A stretch of DNA of 64,000 bases from an uncultured Alphaproteobacteria bacterium (GCA_963765855.1 CAVXYQ010000003.1:361177-425176); one strand, 5' to 3'; positions 30,460-42,473 are shown, numbered from the stretch's first letter. Notes: generated by a model from the sequence alone, not told the origin. Program-made: numbers and translations.

Positions 30460-30476
30460 GGGGCTGGATTTGGGGG

Positions 30477-32429
<1,953 letters not shown>

Positions 32430-32772
32430 CTCTCAACCCTCCACCATGCGGCCAGTGAACGCGAGCACTGCAAGCCGTCTTCGTTGTTGCCATGAGTATG
32501 CGTCGGCCCGCCGGGCGCCGACAAGCCAGCAAATAGGAGCGATCCGGCGGGCCGCCGCCTTGCGCGGGATCAAGCCGCCGGCGAAATCAGCCAGCGGCGC
32601 GGCCGGGGGCGGTCCTCGGCCATCACGTTCGCGTTTTTCCGGCGCTGAATCCTGGCCAGGAGCAGCCGTCCGGCGATTGGACGGTAACCAGAAACCACAT
32701 CTTCCGGACGGCGGGCTGGCGCTGGAAGTGATTACGCCCTAAATGGCCCCCTCGAAGGCGGACGGCGAGGCC

Positions 32773-32798
32773 GGAACCAAACCTCGATTGCCCGCATT
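32773..32798 (+). promoter_or_regulatory. Putative sigma-EcfG promoter of topoisomerase IB
   Basis: GGAAC-N17-CATT, 45 nt upstream of ATG 32844. Confidence 0.5.
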
Positions 32799-32843
32799 GC
32801 CAAGACGAAACCCGGTGAGTTCAGAGGCAGGACGTCCAACACC

Positions 32844-33941
32844 ATGATGGATCAGCAGAATTTCGAGGCTGCGCGGCCCGAAGCCGCCGATCCCACGGTT
32901 GTCGGCTCCGGATCCCATAGCGTCGAGAGCCTGGCCCGTGGGCTCGGCCTGAAGCTCGGCGACCAGAACGAGCTGACCATCCGCCGCATCAAGCGCGGCA
33001 AGAGCTATTCCTTCGTGCGCGCCAACGGCACCGCGATCCGCCATAGCGGCACCCTCAAGCGCCTGCATTCGATGGCGGTGCCGCCGGCCTATGCCGAGGT
33101 CCGCTACGCCCCCGATCCCACCTCGCACCTGCAGGCGGTCGGCCGCGATGCCGCGGGCCGGCTGCAATACCGCTATCATTCGGATTGGGAAAAGGTCCGC
33201 GAGCACCGCAAGGCGCACCGGCTGGCGCGGCTGGTGGCGGCGCTGCCGAAGATCCGCCGCCACGTCTCGCTGCACCTGTCCGGCGACGCCCCGACCCGCG
33301 AATTCGCGCTGTCGGCGGTGATCGAACTGATCGCGCGCACCGCGATCCGGCCGGGCAACAAATCCTATGCCCGCCTCAACGGCACCCGCGGCGCCACCAC
33401 GCTGCTGAAATCCAATGTGGTGCTGGAAGACGACTGCGTGGTGCTGACCTTCAAGGCCAAGGGCGGCAAGGCGGTGCGCAAGGAATGCGACGCCGCCAAG
33501 CTGGTGCGCGCCATCGGCATCCTGCGCGGCGTGCCGGGCAAGCGGATGTTCCAGTACCGCGACAATTCCGGCAATGTGCGCGGCGTCTCCACAACTTCGG
33601 TCAACGCGTTCCTGCGCGAGATCGCCGGCATCAAGATCTCGCTGAAGGATTTTCGCACCCTGATGGCGTCCGCCGTGGTGCTGGAATCGCTGTCGCGGAT
33701 TTCGCCGGCGGCCAGCGCCCGCGGCCGCCGCAAGCAGGTGCTGGACGCGGTCCGCGCCGCCGCCGACGAACTGTCCAACACGCCGGCGATCTGCCGCAAG
33801 AGCTACGTTCACGATACCATCGTCACCGCGTTCGAGGACGGCATCCTGGAGCGCTTTGCCGCCACCATGAAGGGCTACCGTTCGCAGTCGAAACGCGAAC
33901 AGCTCTTGGCGCAAGTGGTTGCGACCGCCGCGGCGGCTTAA
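32844..33941 (+). CDS. DNA topoisomerase IB (bacterial/poxvirus type)
   Basis: HLQAVGRDAAGRLQYRYH, IRPGN, FKAKGG, KDFRT, catalytic Tyr in CRKSYVH. Confidence 0.94.
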   Translation: MMDQQNFEAARPEAADPTVVGSGSHSVESLARGLGLKLGDQNELTIRRIKRGKSYSFVRANGTAIRHSGTLKRLHSMAVPPAYAEVRYAPDPTSHLQAVGRDAAGRLQYRYHSDWEKVREHRKAHRLARLVAALPKIRRHVSLHLSGDAPTREFALSAVIELIARTAIRPGNKSYARLNGTRGATTLLKSNVVLEDDCVVLTFKAKGGKAVRKECDAAKLVRAIGILRGVPGKRMFQYRDNSGNVRGVSTTSVNAFLREIAGIKISLKDFRTLMASAVVLESLSRISPAASARGRRKQVLDAVRAAADELSNTPAICRKSYVHDTIVTAFEDGILERFAATMKGYRSQSKREQLLAQVVATAAAA

Positions 33942-33946
33942 GACTT

Positions 33947-33976
33947 CTTCCTTCTCCCACAAGGGGAGAAGGGAAG
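33947..33976. repeat. CCTTCTCCC-ACAAG-GGGAGAAGG palindrome (REP-like, may act as terminator)
   Basis: Hairpin between convergent topIB and EVE genes; same family as the 35431-35602 ends. Confidence 0.65.
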
Positions 33977-33982
33977 TGAGCG

Positions 33983-34396
33983 TTAAACCCCGGCCATCTT
34001 GCAGACGATCTTCCATTCCTCCGCCGTCACCGGCTGCACCGACAGCCTTGAATATTTCACCAGCGCCATCTCGCCGAGGCGCTTGTCGGCCTTGATGGCG
34101 GCCATGGTCACCGGCTTCGGCAACGGTTTCTCGGCCTTGATGTCGACGCAGACGAACTTGCCGGTCTTGTCGCTCGGATCCGGATAGGCCTCCTTGATGA
34201 CCTCGGCGATGCCGACGATCTCCTTGCCCTCGTTGGAATGATAGAAGAAGGCGCGGTCGCCCTTCTTCATCTTCACCAGATTCTGCCGCGCGGTGAAATT
34301 GCGCACGCCGGTCCAGGCCTCGCCCTTGGCGCCTTTTGCCACCTGCTGGTCCCACGACCAGGTCGAAGGTTCCGATTTCACCAGCCAGTAGGCCAT
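33983..34396 (-). CDS. EVE domain protein
   Basis: YWLVKSEP, WTGVRNFTARQNL, FFYHS, RLSVQPVT. Confidence 0.94.
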   Translation of the reverse strand: MAYWLVKSEPSTWSWDQQVAKGAKGEAWTGVRNFTARQNLVKMKKGDRAFFYHSNEGKEIVGIAEVIKEAYPDPSDKTGKFVCVDIKAEKPLPKPVTMAAIKADKRLGEMALVKYSRLSVQPVTAEEWKIVCKMAGV

Positions 34397-34398
34397 GG

Positions 34399-35379
34399 TC
34401 ATTGCTCCGCCTTGAAGGGTCGCGTCAGCAGGCTTTCGATCGCCGCATCGATGGTGACGGCCCCGCTCAGGATCGCCGCGACCGCTTGTGATACCGGCAT
34501 ATCGACCTGTTGCGAAGCCGCCAGTTCCATCAATACCGGGGCGGTGAATTCGCCCTCGGCGAGTTTTCCGGGCGGCGCCGGCTCGCCGCGCCCCAGCGCC
34601 ACGCCGAGCGCGAAATTGCGTGATTGCGGGCTGGAGCAGGTCAGGATCAGGTCGCCGAGCCCCGACAGTCCCGTCATGGTCTCGGGATCCGCGCCCAGGG
34701 CGCGCCCAAGCCGGACCAGTTCGCTGAAGCCGCGCGTGGTCAGCGCGGCCTGTGCCGAGGCGCCGAGTTTTTTTCCGACCACGATGCCGGCGGCGATCGC
34801 CAGCACGTTCTTCGCCGCCCCGCCGATCTCGACGCCGCGGACATCGCAGCTGTGATAGGGCCTGAAGGTCGCCGAGCCGAGCGCATGCACCAGCGCCGCC
34901 GCCAACGCTTCATCGCGCGCCGCCAGCGTCACCGCGGTCGGCAGGCCGCGCGCCACGTCGTCGGCAAAGCTTGGCCCGGACAGGATCGCCGGGATCGCAG
35001 CCGGCGCGGCTTCCGTGATCACCTCGGTCATGAAGCGGTGGCTGCCGCGCTCGATGCCCTTGGCGCAGGCGATCACCGGCGTGGCGCCGGCCAGATGCGG
35101 CATCAGCGCGGCGACAGCCTGGCGCAAATTCTGCGCCGGCGTCGCGACCAGGATGACGTCGGCGCCGGCGGCCAGCGCGATATCGCCGGTCAGCCTGACA
35201 TTTGCATCCAGCGACACGCCGGGCAGTTTCGGATTTTGGCGGCTTGCCGCGATCCGCGCCGCATTGTCCGGGCTGCGCGCAAACAGCACGACCTCGCGTC
35301 CGGCCCGCGCCGCGACACTGGCCAGCGCTGTCCCCCAGGCGCCGGCGCCGATCACCGCGACCGAGTTGAAGGACGGCAT
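34399..35379 (-). CDS. gpsA: NAD(P)H-dependent glycerol-3-phosphate dehydrogenase
   Basis: [44 protein letters not shown]. Confidence 0.96.
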   Translation of the reverse strand: MPSFNSVAVIGAGAWGTALASVAARAGREVVLFARSPDNAARIAASRQNPKLPGVSLDANVRLTGDIALAAGADVILVATPAQNLRQAVAALMPHLAGATPVIACAKGIERGSHRFMTEVITEAAPAAIPAILSGPSFADDVARGLPTAVTLAARDEALAAALVHALGSATFRPYHSCDVRGVEIGGAAKNVLAIAAGIVVGKKLGASAQAALTTRGFSELVRLGRALGADPETMTGLSGLGDLILTCSSPQSRNFALGVALGRGEPAPPGKLAEGEFTAPVLMELAASQQVDMPVSQAVAAILSGAVTIDAAIESLLTRPFKAEQ

Positions 35380-35430
35380 CCTGGGCTATCCCTGTAATGG
35401 CCGGGTGGCCGAGTCCGCGGCCGCGGCTTT

Positions 35431-35602
35431 CCCCCACCCCAACCATCCCGCGCAAGCGGGAGAGGGGGTCCTCAGTGCTTGCCGTCCTGTCGTTGCCGAA
35501 CTCTTGCGCAAAGAGGTAACCCGGATTTCTGTTCCGGGCGCCGCCCATCCCCCAACGAGGCGCGCTGCCTCTCCCGCTTGCGGGGCAGGGTTGGGGTGGG
35601 GG
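35431..35602. repeat. MITE-like 172-bp element with about 35-bp terminal inverted repeats
   Basis: Left CCCCCACCCCAACCATCCCGCGCAAGCGGGAGAGG; right end reverse-complements to CCCCCACCCCAACCCTGCCCCGCAAGCGGGAGAGG. Confidence 0.8.
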
Positions 35603-35648
35603 CGCTTGGTGCGGCGCGCGCGGCGCAATTGCATCTCCATCGGCGTCC

Positions 35649-36734
35649 CTAAAATCCGGCGCGGGTGTTGGCGAAGCCTTCGGGGGCGCGGGCGGTTTCG
35701 TCGAGCAGCCAGCGCGCGCGGGGCGCGGCGTCCATGTCGTCGACCAGGCCGAGCGCCAGCCGCTCGGCCCCGGCCCAGGCGATCATGGCGCCGTTGTCGG
35801 TGCACAACGCCGGCGGCGGGATGATCAGCGTGGTCTGGGCTTTCGCCGCGACATCCTGCAGTGCGCCGCGGATCGCCTGGTTGGCGGCGACGCCGCCGGC
35901 GGCGACCAGCGCGCGCGGCGGGCCGAACCGTTCGTGAAACAATCGGAGCCCGACGCCGAGCCGGTCGGCGGTGGATTCCAGCACCGCGGCCTGGAAGCCG
36001 GCGCAGAGGTCGCTGATGTCCTGCGGCTGCAACGCGCCGAGCCGGCTCGCCTCGTTGCGCACCGCGGTCTTCAGTCCCGACAGCGAGAAATTGGCGTCGG
36101 CGCGCCCCAGCATCGGCCGCGGCAGCGCAAAGCGCCTGGCGTCGCCGCCGCGCGCGGCACGCTCGACCTCCGGCCCGCCCGGATAGGGCAGCCCGAGCAT
36201 TTTCGCCACCTTGTCGAAGGCTTCTCCCATGGCGTCGTCGACGGTGGTGCCGAGCCGGACATACTGGCCGACGCCGACCACGGCGACGATCTGGGTGTGG
36301 CCGCCGGAGGCCAGGAACAGGCAATAGGGAAATGCCAGCGCGCAGCACAGCCGCGGCGTCAGCGCGTGGGCCTCCAGATGGTTGACCGCGATCAGCGGCG
36401 TGTCGTGCACCATCGCGATCGCCTTGGCCGTGGTCAGGCCGACGATGACGCCGCCGATCAGACCGGGCCCGGCGGCGGCGGCGACTGCCGAAAGCTGCGC
36501 AAAGCCGAGCCCGGCCTCCCGCATCGCGCCGGCGACGATGCCGTCGAGCACATCGACATGGGCGCGCGCGGCAATCTCCGGCACCACGCCGCCGAACCTG
36601 GCGTGTTCCTCGGTCTGCGAGCGTACGATATTGGACAGGATCCGGCCCGAGCCGTCGGCCTGGCGCTCGACCACGGCGGCGGCGGTTTCATCGCAGGTGG
36701 TTTCGATCCCGAGAACCAGTACAGGTTGCCGCAT
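35649..36734 (-). CDS. tsaD: tRNA N6-adenosine threonylcarbamoyltransferase
   Basis: [42 protein letters not shown]. Confidence 0.97.
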   Translation of the reverse strand: MRQPVLVLGIETTCDETAAAVVERQADGSGRILSNIVRSQTEEHARFGGVVPEIAARAHVDVLDGIVAGAMREAGLGFAQLSAVAAAAGPGLIGGVIVGLTTAKAIAMVHDTPLIAVNHLEAHALTPRLCCALAFPYCLFLASGGHTQIVAVVGVGQYVRLGTTVDDAMGEAFDKVAKMLGLPYPGGPEVERAARGGDARRFALPRPMLGRADANFSLSGLKTAVRNEASRLGALQPQDISDLCAGFQAAVLESTADRLGVGLRLFHERFGPPRALVAAGGVAANQAIRGALQDVAAKAQTTLIIPPPALCTDNGAMIAWAGAERLALGLVDDMDAAPRARWLLDETARAPEGFANTRAGF

Positions 36735-36875
36735 CCGCGTCTCGTTACCCAATGGGAGCCCTTGCGCTGTCGGCCGAAGCAGCGTTTCGGTATTTCGGGT
36801 AGCATTGCGGGGTTGCAGAGTGCAATCGCCGTTGCGATTGCCGTCCCGAGTCGAAAGTCCGAAGAGTTTTCGAGC

Positions 36876-37622
36876 ATGGCCGTTCTTGTCACCCGACCGC
36901 AGCCCGACGACGAGGCCACCGCGGCCGCCCTGCGCGGCAGGGGGTTCGAGGCGCTGCTGGCGCCGATGCTGCGGTTCGAGCCGGTGGCGTTCCACGACGA
37001 CACCGATGCAAGCTACGGCGCGGTCATCGTCACCAGCGCCAATGCACTGCGCGGCATCGCGCCGCATCTGGCCGGCAGTCGGCTGCTGCAATTGCCGCTG
37101 TTCGCGGTCGGAGAGCATACCGCGGCGGCGGCGCGCCGCGCCGGCTTCGCCAGGGTGATCCCGGCCGGGGGCGATGCCGCGGCCTTGCGCGAACTGGTGC
37201 TCGCCAGCGTGCGGAACAAGGAGCTGAAGAAGGCCAGCACGCTGTTGTATCTGGCCGGCGCGGATCTGGCGCGCGACCTGGCCGGCGAGCTCGGCGAACG
37301 CGGTTTCAGCGTCGTCACCCACACCACCTACCGGATGAACCCGGTGAGCGGCCTGCCGCGCGAGGTTTCCGAGGCCTTCGCAGCCAACCGGATCGAGGCG
37401 GTGCTGCATTATTCGCGGCGCAGCGCGCGGGCCTTCCTGGAGGCGGCGCGGGCGGCCGGCGTCGAAATCTCGGCGCTTTCGATCCCGCAAATCTGCATTT
37501 CCGACGGCGTCGCCGCGGTGGTCCGCGACGCCGGGGCCTCACAGGTCGCGGCCGCGCGCAGCCCGGATGAAAATGCCGTGTTCGAGCTGCTGGACCGTGC
37601 GTTGCGCCCGGGATCGCGCTAA
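36876..37622 (+). CDS. hemD: Uroporphyrinogen-III synthase
   Basis: [31 protein letters not shown]. Confidence 0.92.
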   Translation: MAVLVTRPQPDDEATAAALRGRGFEALLAPMLRFEPVAFHDDTDASYGAVIVTSANALRGIAPHLAGSRLLQLPLFAVGEHTAAAARRAGFARVIPAGGDAAALRELVLASVRNKELKKASTLLYLAGADLARDLAGELGERGFSVVTHTTYRMNPVSGLPREVSEAFAANRIEAVLHYSRRSARAFLEAARAAGVEISALSIPQICISDGVAAVVRDAGASQVAAARSPDENAVFELLDRALRPGSR

Positions 37623-37676
37623 AGGACGGTCCGAATCTGGTAGCGTCAGCCCTGCAGCAACCAAGGAACCGTCGCG

Positions 37677-38828
37677 ATGGCCGATGACAGTCCCGAACCC
37701 GCGCCGCCGCCGGATTCCGGCCGCGCCAGGCGCGAAGGCCCCACCATCGATCTCGAAGCCACCGAGGTGTCCGGCGGGACGCAAAATGCCGGCTCCGGCG
37801 CGGAACCCGGGCCATCCCCCAAAAAAACCTCGGCCGGCGCGATGGCGGCGTGGATCGTGGCCATGGTGTCGGGTGGCGTCAGCGCCGCCGCGGTGATCGC
37901 GCTGAGCTGGTATCTCGGCTGGCCGGCCGAGACGAGTGTGACGGCGCCGCCGCCGCAGGCCAGTTCCGCCGGGGTCGACGCGCTGGCATCCCGGGTCGCT
38001 GAACTCGAGGCCAAGGAAGCGAGCAAGCAAACCGCCAGTCCGGCCGCCGTACCCGATCCGGCGCTATCTTCCCGCCTCGATGCGCTGGAGCAATCGGTCG
38101 GCGCGTTGCGCGGTGAAGTGACACAGGCGCGGGAAAACTCCGAAAAGCTCGCCGCCGAGGTCACCGCGCTGAAAGCGGCGCCGCCGCCGGCGGCGGCAGT
38201 CCCGGATCTTTCCGCGATCAATGACCGCCTGGCCCAGCTCGAGCGCACCGACCGCGCCCAGACCGCCGAAATCGCGCAGGACAATGCAAAACCGGTCGAC
38301 GACGTCGCGCTGCGCCGGATCGTGGCCGCCGCCTTGCTCGACGTGCTGGTCCGCATCGGCGACCCCTATCCGGCGGCGCTGGCGGCGGCAAAGGCGCTGG
38401 CGCCGGACCCGCAAGTCCTGAAGCCGCTCGATGAATTCGCTGCTACGGGCGTGCCGACCCCCGCCGGCTTGAGCCGCGAGCTGCTGACGCTGGTGCCAAA
38501 ACTGCAGCCGCCGGCCCCGGACAATGCCGCCACCGCGGCTTCCGGCGGCGTGATCGACCGGCTGGAAGCCGGCGCGGCGCGGCTGGTCCGCATCGAGCGG
38601 ACCGACGCCGCCGGCACCGATCGCGGCGCCGTGGTGGCCCGGATCACGGCCGCGGCGCTGCGCAACGATTCCAACGAGGCGCGGCGCGAACTCAACACGC
38701 TGTCGCCCGCCGATCGCGCCGCGGCGCAGGCCTGGATCGACAAGGCCGATGCGCGCGACGCCGCGCTGGCCGCATCCCGTCAATTCGCGGCCGAGGCCAT
38801 GGCCGCGCTCGCCAAACCGGCGCCATAG
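37677..38828 (+). CDS. COG4223 family (mitofilin-like) membrane protein
   Basis: PTIDLEATEV N-terminus, single TM, coiled coil; position between hemD and hemY. Confidence 0.78.
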   Translation: MADDSPEPAPPPDSGRARREGPTIDLEATEVSGGTQNAGSGAEPGPSPKKTSAGAMAAWIVAMVSGGVSAAAVIALSWYLGWPAETSVTAPPPQASSAGVDALASRVAELEAKEASKQTASPAAVPDPALSSRLDALEQSVGALRGEVTQARENSEKLAAEVTALKAAPPPAAAVPDLSAINDRLAQLERTDRAQTAEIAQDNAKPVDDVALRRIVAAALLDVLVRIGDPYPAALAAAKALAPDPQVLKPLDEFAATGVPTPAGLSRELLTLVPKLQPPAPDNAATAASGGVIDRLEAGAARLVRIERTDAAGTDRGAVVARITAAALRNDSNEARRELNTLSPADRAAAQAWIDKADARDAALAASRQFAAEAMAALAKPAP

Positions 38829-38835
38829 GATTCCA

Positions 38836-40530
38836 ATGTTCCGGATCGTGCTGTTTCTGGTGTTGATTGCGCTCGCGGCCGCGGGCGCGGCCTGGGTTGC
38901 CGATCAGAGCGGCGAGGTCGTGCTGTCCTGGAGCGGCTGGCGGATCGAGACCACGCTGCCGGTCTTCGCGCTGGCGCTCGGCATAGCCATCGTCGCCGCG
39001 GTGGTGGCCTGGACGATCCTGCGCGCGTTGTGGCGGACGCCGGAAAAGATCCGGCGCCGCCGCCATGAACGCCGTCACGCCCGCGGCCGTCACGCCATCA
39101 CCCAGGGCCTGCTTGCGATCGGCCACGGCGATGCCACGGCGGCCCGCGGCCATGCCGAGGTGGCGCGCCGCCATGCCGCGCAGGATCCGCTGGCGCTGTT
39201 GCTGCATGCGCAATCCGCGCAGCTCGACGGCGACCGCGCCGGCGCGCGCGCCGCGTTCCACGCCATGACCGAGCGCGACGACACCCGGCTTCTGGGCCTG
39301 CGCGGATTGTTCATCGAGGCCCAGCGCGCCGACGATCCCGCCGCCGCCGTCAGCATCGCCGAACAGGCGCTGCAGCTGGCGCCGGCATCGACCTGGGCGT
39401 CGCAGGCCGTGCTTGGATTCCGCTGCGCCAGGGGCGACTGGAGCGGGGCGCTGGCCATCCTCGACAACAATCTCGCCTCCGGGCTGATCGACAAGGCGGT
39501 TTGGCGCAGGCAGCGCGGCGTGCTGCTGACGGCGCGGGCACTGGAGCTCGAAAAGATCGACCGCGACCGCTCGCGCGACAGCGTGATGGAAGCGATCAAG
39601 CTGGCGCCGACCCTGGTGCCCGCGGCGGTGCTGGCCAGCAAATACCAGAGCGAGGCGCATCAGGTGCGCCGCTCGATGCGGATCGTGGAAGCCGCCTGGC
39701 TGGCGCATCCGCATCCCGATCTCGCCGACGCCTATGCCCATGTGAAGCTCGGCGATTCCGCGCGGCAGCGGCTGGTGCGGGTGGAGACCCTGGCGGCCAA
39801 GGCGCCCGGCCATATCGAGGGGGCGCTGGCGGTGGCGCGCGCCGCCATCGACGCGTCGGAATTTTCCCGCGCCCGCGAGGCGCTGGCGCCATTCATAGCA
39901 GCGCCGACCCAGCGGGTGGCGCTGCTGATGGCGGACATCGAGCGCACCGAGCATGGCGACAGCGGAAGGGCGCGGGCCTGGACCCTGCGCGCGGTGCGGG
40001 CGCTGCCCGACCCGGTATGGACCGCGGACGGCTATGTTTCCGCGGTCTGGCGGCCGGTGTCGCCGGTGTCGGGCCGACTTGACGCCTTCCAGTGGCAGAT
40101 GCCGCTGGCGGCGCTGCCCTCCCAGGGCAACACCACCATCGAAGCCTCCCCGTTCGAGCAGGCGATGCTGGCGCCGCGCCGCCCCGAACCGCCGGCCCCG
40201 CCGCCCGGCGACGCAGGCAACGAGCCTGGCCGCCCGCCGGCGCAGGACAATGCTCCCGCGGCCAACGCCGCCGCAGCGCCGCCCGCCGAAACCGCCGCCA
40301 CTCCGGCAGCGGCCCCGTTCCGCGCCCGCCAGGATCTCCCCAGGGACACCGTCAGGGAGGCCGGCCGCAGCGCCGCGCCGGCCATTCCCCCGGTGATTCC
40401 GATCGTCCGGGCGCCCGACGATCCCGGCATCGACGACGAGGCCTTGGGCGACGAATTCACCGAGCCGGCCAGCCCGGTTCCGGCCCAGGCCGGCGGCTGG
40501 CGCGGCTTTCTGTCCCGCTGGGGCAACTGA
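38836..40530 (+). CDS. hemY: Heme biosynthesis HemY family protein
   Basis: Two N-terminal TMs, TPR-like core, PDPVWTADG...W.PVSPVSGRLDAF.W. Confidence 0.88.
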   Translation: MFRIVLFLVLIALAAAGAAWVADQSGEVVLSWSGWRIETTLPVFALALGIAIVAAVVAWTILRALWRTPEKIRRRRHERRHARGRHAITQGLLAIGHGDATAARGHAEVARRHAAQDPLALLLHAQSAQLDGDRAGARAAFHAMTERDDTRLLGLRGLFIEAQRADDPAAAVSIAEQALQLAPASTWASQAVLGFRCARGDWSGALAILDNNLASGLIDKAVWRRQRGVLLTARALELEKIDRDRSRDSVMEAIKLAPTLVPAAVLASKYQSEAHQVRRSMRIVEAAWLAHPHPDLADAYAHVKLGDSARQRLVRVETLAAKAPGHIEGALAVARAAIDASEFSRAREALAPFIAAPTQRVALLMADIERTEHGDSGRARAWTLRAVRALPDPVWTADGYVSAVWRPVSPVSGRLDAFQWQMPLAALPSQGNTTIEASPFEQAMLAPRRPEPPAPPPGDAGNEPGRPPAQDNAPAANAAAAPPAETAATPAAAPFRARQDLPRDTVREAGRSAAPAIPPVIPIVRAPDDPGIDDEALGDEFTEPASPVPAQAGGWRGFLSRWGN

Positions 40531-40754
40531 CGCGCGCCGCCCGCCAATTTTTCCGATTTTGCGTTGTGTTTCAACGAGTCGCCCCTGCGTTGGCAGCGAC
40601 GACTCGCCGAGAGCTTGTGCGAGGCCACGGGCGCATCAACGCGCGGCAAATTCGGCGATGGGCGACAGCCCCGTTTTTCTTGCCAAGCAGGGCGCTGCCC
40701 GATATCAGGGGCAGGCGTTTTCAGGCCTGCTTTTCTGAACGCGCCGCATGGTCC

Positions 40755-40830
40755 GCCGCAATAGCTCAGTTGGTAGAGCACGTCATTCGTAATGACGGGG
40801 TCACAGGTTCGAGTCCTGTTTGCGGCACCA
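40755..40830 (+). tRNA. tRNA-Thr(CGT)
   Basis: GCCGCAA/TTGCGGC acceptor stem, anticodon stem CGTCA-TTCGTAA-TGACG, GGTTCGAGTCC, encoded CCA. Confidence 0.97.
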
Positions 40831-40901
40831 GCATTTTCAAATACTTAGGTCAAATCCTATTTTGTTGAAATACGGTTAGGTACGCTATAGGTACGTTCCA
40901 C

Positions 40902-41087
40902 CTAATGCTCAGTGCTGTCGTGGCGCACAGGAAAGCCGACGTTGCGCGCCCACGCCATCAAGCACGCGTTACAGACGGTCTCGTTTAGTGGTATTTCGTC
41001 GAGATGGGCGCGAAAGGCTGGGCGCTCGCTGGGCCAGATGCGTGAGCAAAGCGCACATTGATCTTCGCTTACATAGTCCTCCGACAT
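40902..41087 (-). CDS. Small Cys-rich hypothetical protein (61 aa)
   Basis: CALC...CNAC; GAGG upstream. Confidence 0.42.
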   Translation of the reverse strand: MSEDYVSEDQCALCSRIWPSERPAFRAHLDEIPLNETVCNACLMAWARNVGFPVRHDSTEH

Positions 41088-41116
41088 TGCGGCCTCGATT
41101 AATGTAGCGGTTGATT

Positions 41117-41794
41117 ATGAACGCGATTTGGAAACACTTCGTTGCACCTCATTGGCCGGAGTTGCCTAGCAACCTCCGCAAAGGCCTGTTCCGTTTGTAC
41201 ATCGCCCTGTCGCTGCCGTGGGTGGTGTGGTTCGGATATCAGGTGGCTTACTACGCAAATCAGCCGAGCTATTGGGCGAGCACGCGACAAAATTTACCGA
41301 GGTCTATCCTACTTTTATTATTTGTCCCCGTAGGCCTCCCGATCCTTTTGAAAATAGTTCTCTGGGTCGTGCAAGGGTTCGCTCGCTCGCCGAACCGACC
41401 CATTGCAAAGACATCCATCCGAACGGACTTAGATCAGCTTAGATTGAAGGTGGCAGAGGATTTATCGCGTCGGCCTGACTTCGTCGCTAATAAATATTTG
41501 AGGACTGGGTGGCTGTATGGCAAGCATATAAACAACTGGCCCCGCCTCGATGATGCCAAGCTTAGCGCCGATCAAAAGGCCAAGCTCCCAGCGTCATACT
41601 ACCAAGAAGGTGGGATCGATCCGGCGGAGCTGGGACGGTGTTTTGGGTATGGGACCGGGGACGGAATGATTGAGAGGCTAGTTCAACTTCAGGATCAAAT
41701 TCGAGTGTGCGGAAGCATAGAGAATCTTGTCGACGGCCTTGTAGATAAAGAAATCATCAAGCGCTTGAACGGAAATACGAAACGAACCAGCTAG
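41117..41794 (+). CDS. Two-TM membrane cargo protein with soluble C-terminal domain
   Basis: KGLFRLYIALSLPWVVWFG and ILLLLFVPVGLPILLKIVLWVVQGF TMs; AT-richer codon use; opposite strand to the element core. Confidence 0.75.
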   Translation: MNAIWKHFVAPHWPELPSNLRKGLFRLYIALSLPWVVWFGYQVAYYANQPSYWASTRQNLPRSILLLLFVPVGLPILLKIVLWVVQGFARSPNRPIAKTSIRTDLDQLRLKVAEDLSRRPDFVANKYLRTGWLYGKHINNWPRLDDAKLSADQKAKLPASYYQEGGIDPAELGRCFGYGTGDGMIERLVQLQDQIRVCGSIENLVDGLVDKEIIKRLNGNTKRTS

Positions 41795-41908
41795 CCAAAT
41801 TCCGGAATTTTCCACTTCGTGCCGGAGGGGTCACTGCCCAAGCCAAGCGCGCGAATTTTGGGGCCGGGGGTGAGGTCGGCCCCACCCCTCCGGTGAGATC
41901 GCCCCGGC

Positions 41909-42457
41909 CTATTGCAGCGCGCGCCAGATGGTGGCTTCACCGCACTCGTACTCGCGGGCAAGTTCGGCCATGGTCTCCCCGGCGGCGTAGCGCGTGGCGA
42001 TGGTGCGGCGCTGGCTGGGGTCAAGGGCGGAAGGTCGGCCGAACTTAGTGCCCTTGCGCTTGGCGCGGGCAATGCCTTCCTCGCAGCGCTTGCGGATCAG
42101 GCCCCGTTCGAACTCGGCAATGCCGCCCATGATGGTGAGCATCAGCCGGCCAATGTCGGTGGTGGTGTCGCACCATGCTTCGCCCAGCGAGGTGAAGCCG
42201 CACCCAGCAGAGGCGAGGTCGCCTAGGATGTTGTGCAGGTCGCGCGACGATCGGGCGAGGCGATCTAGCTTGGTGACGACTATGGTGTCGCCCGGGAGCA
42301 GCGCACGCTTGAGCTTGTCGAACTCCTTGCGGCCCGTTGTCGATTTGCCGGACGCCTTCTCGCTGAATATCCGCTCGCACCCCGCCCCTTTCAGGGCTTC
42401 AATCTGTCCGGTGTAGTCCTGGCTCTTAGAGCTTACCCGCGCGTAGCCGTACCGCAT
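41909..42457 (-). CDS. Serine recombinase (resolvase/invertase) with C-terminal HTH
   Basis: YGYARVSS catalytic Ser, FSEKASG, VTKLDRLARS, AEFER, GRPS, HTH. Confidence 0.96.
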   Translation of the reverse strand: MRYGYARVSSKSQDYTGQIEALKGAGCERIFSEKASGKSTTGRKEFDKLKRALLPGDTIVVTKLDRLARSSRDLHNILGDLASAGCGFTSLGEAWCDTTTDIGRLMLTIMGGIAEFERGLIRKRCEEGIARAKRKGTKFGRPSALDPSQRRTIATRYAAGETMAELAREYECGEATIWRALQ

Positions 42458-42473
42458 TGAAAGGCTCCTTTTT

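Noticed and set aside
32844-33941. Poxvirus-like topoisomerase as a viral insertion
   Set aside because: Bacterial TopIB is known in Alphaproteobacteria; codon use matches the host and there are no mobile flanks.
33983-34396. EVE domain as part of a modification-dependent defence system
   Set aside because: It is a stand-alone EVE gene in the conserved tsaD-gpsA-EVE housekeeping context, with no nuclease partner.
36734-36876. No hemC between tsaD and hemD
   Set aside because: As I recall, hemC lies elsewhere in Bradyrhizobiaceae, and no hemC remnant is visible, so this is not evidence of loss.
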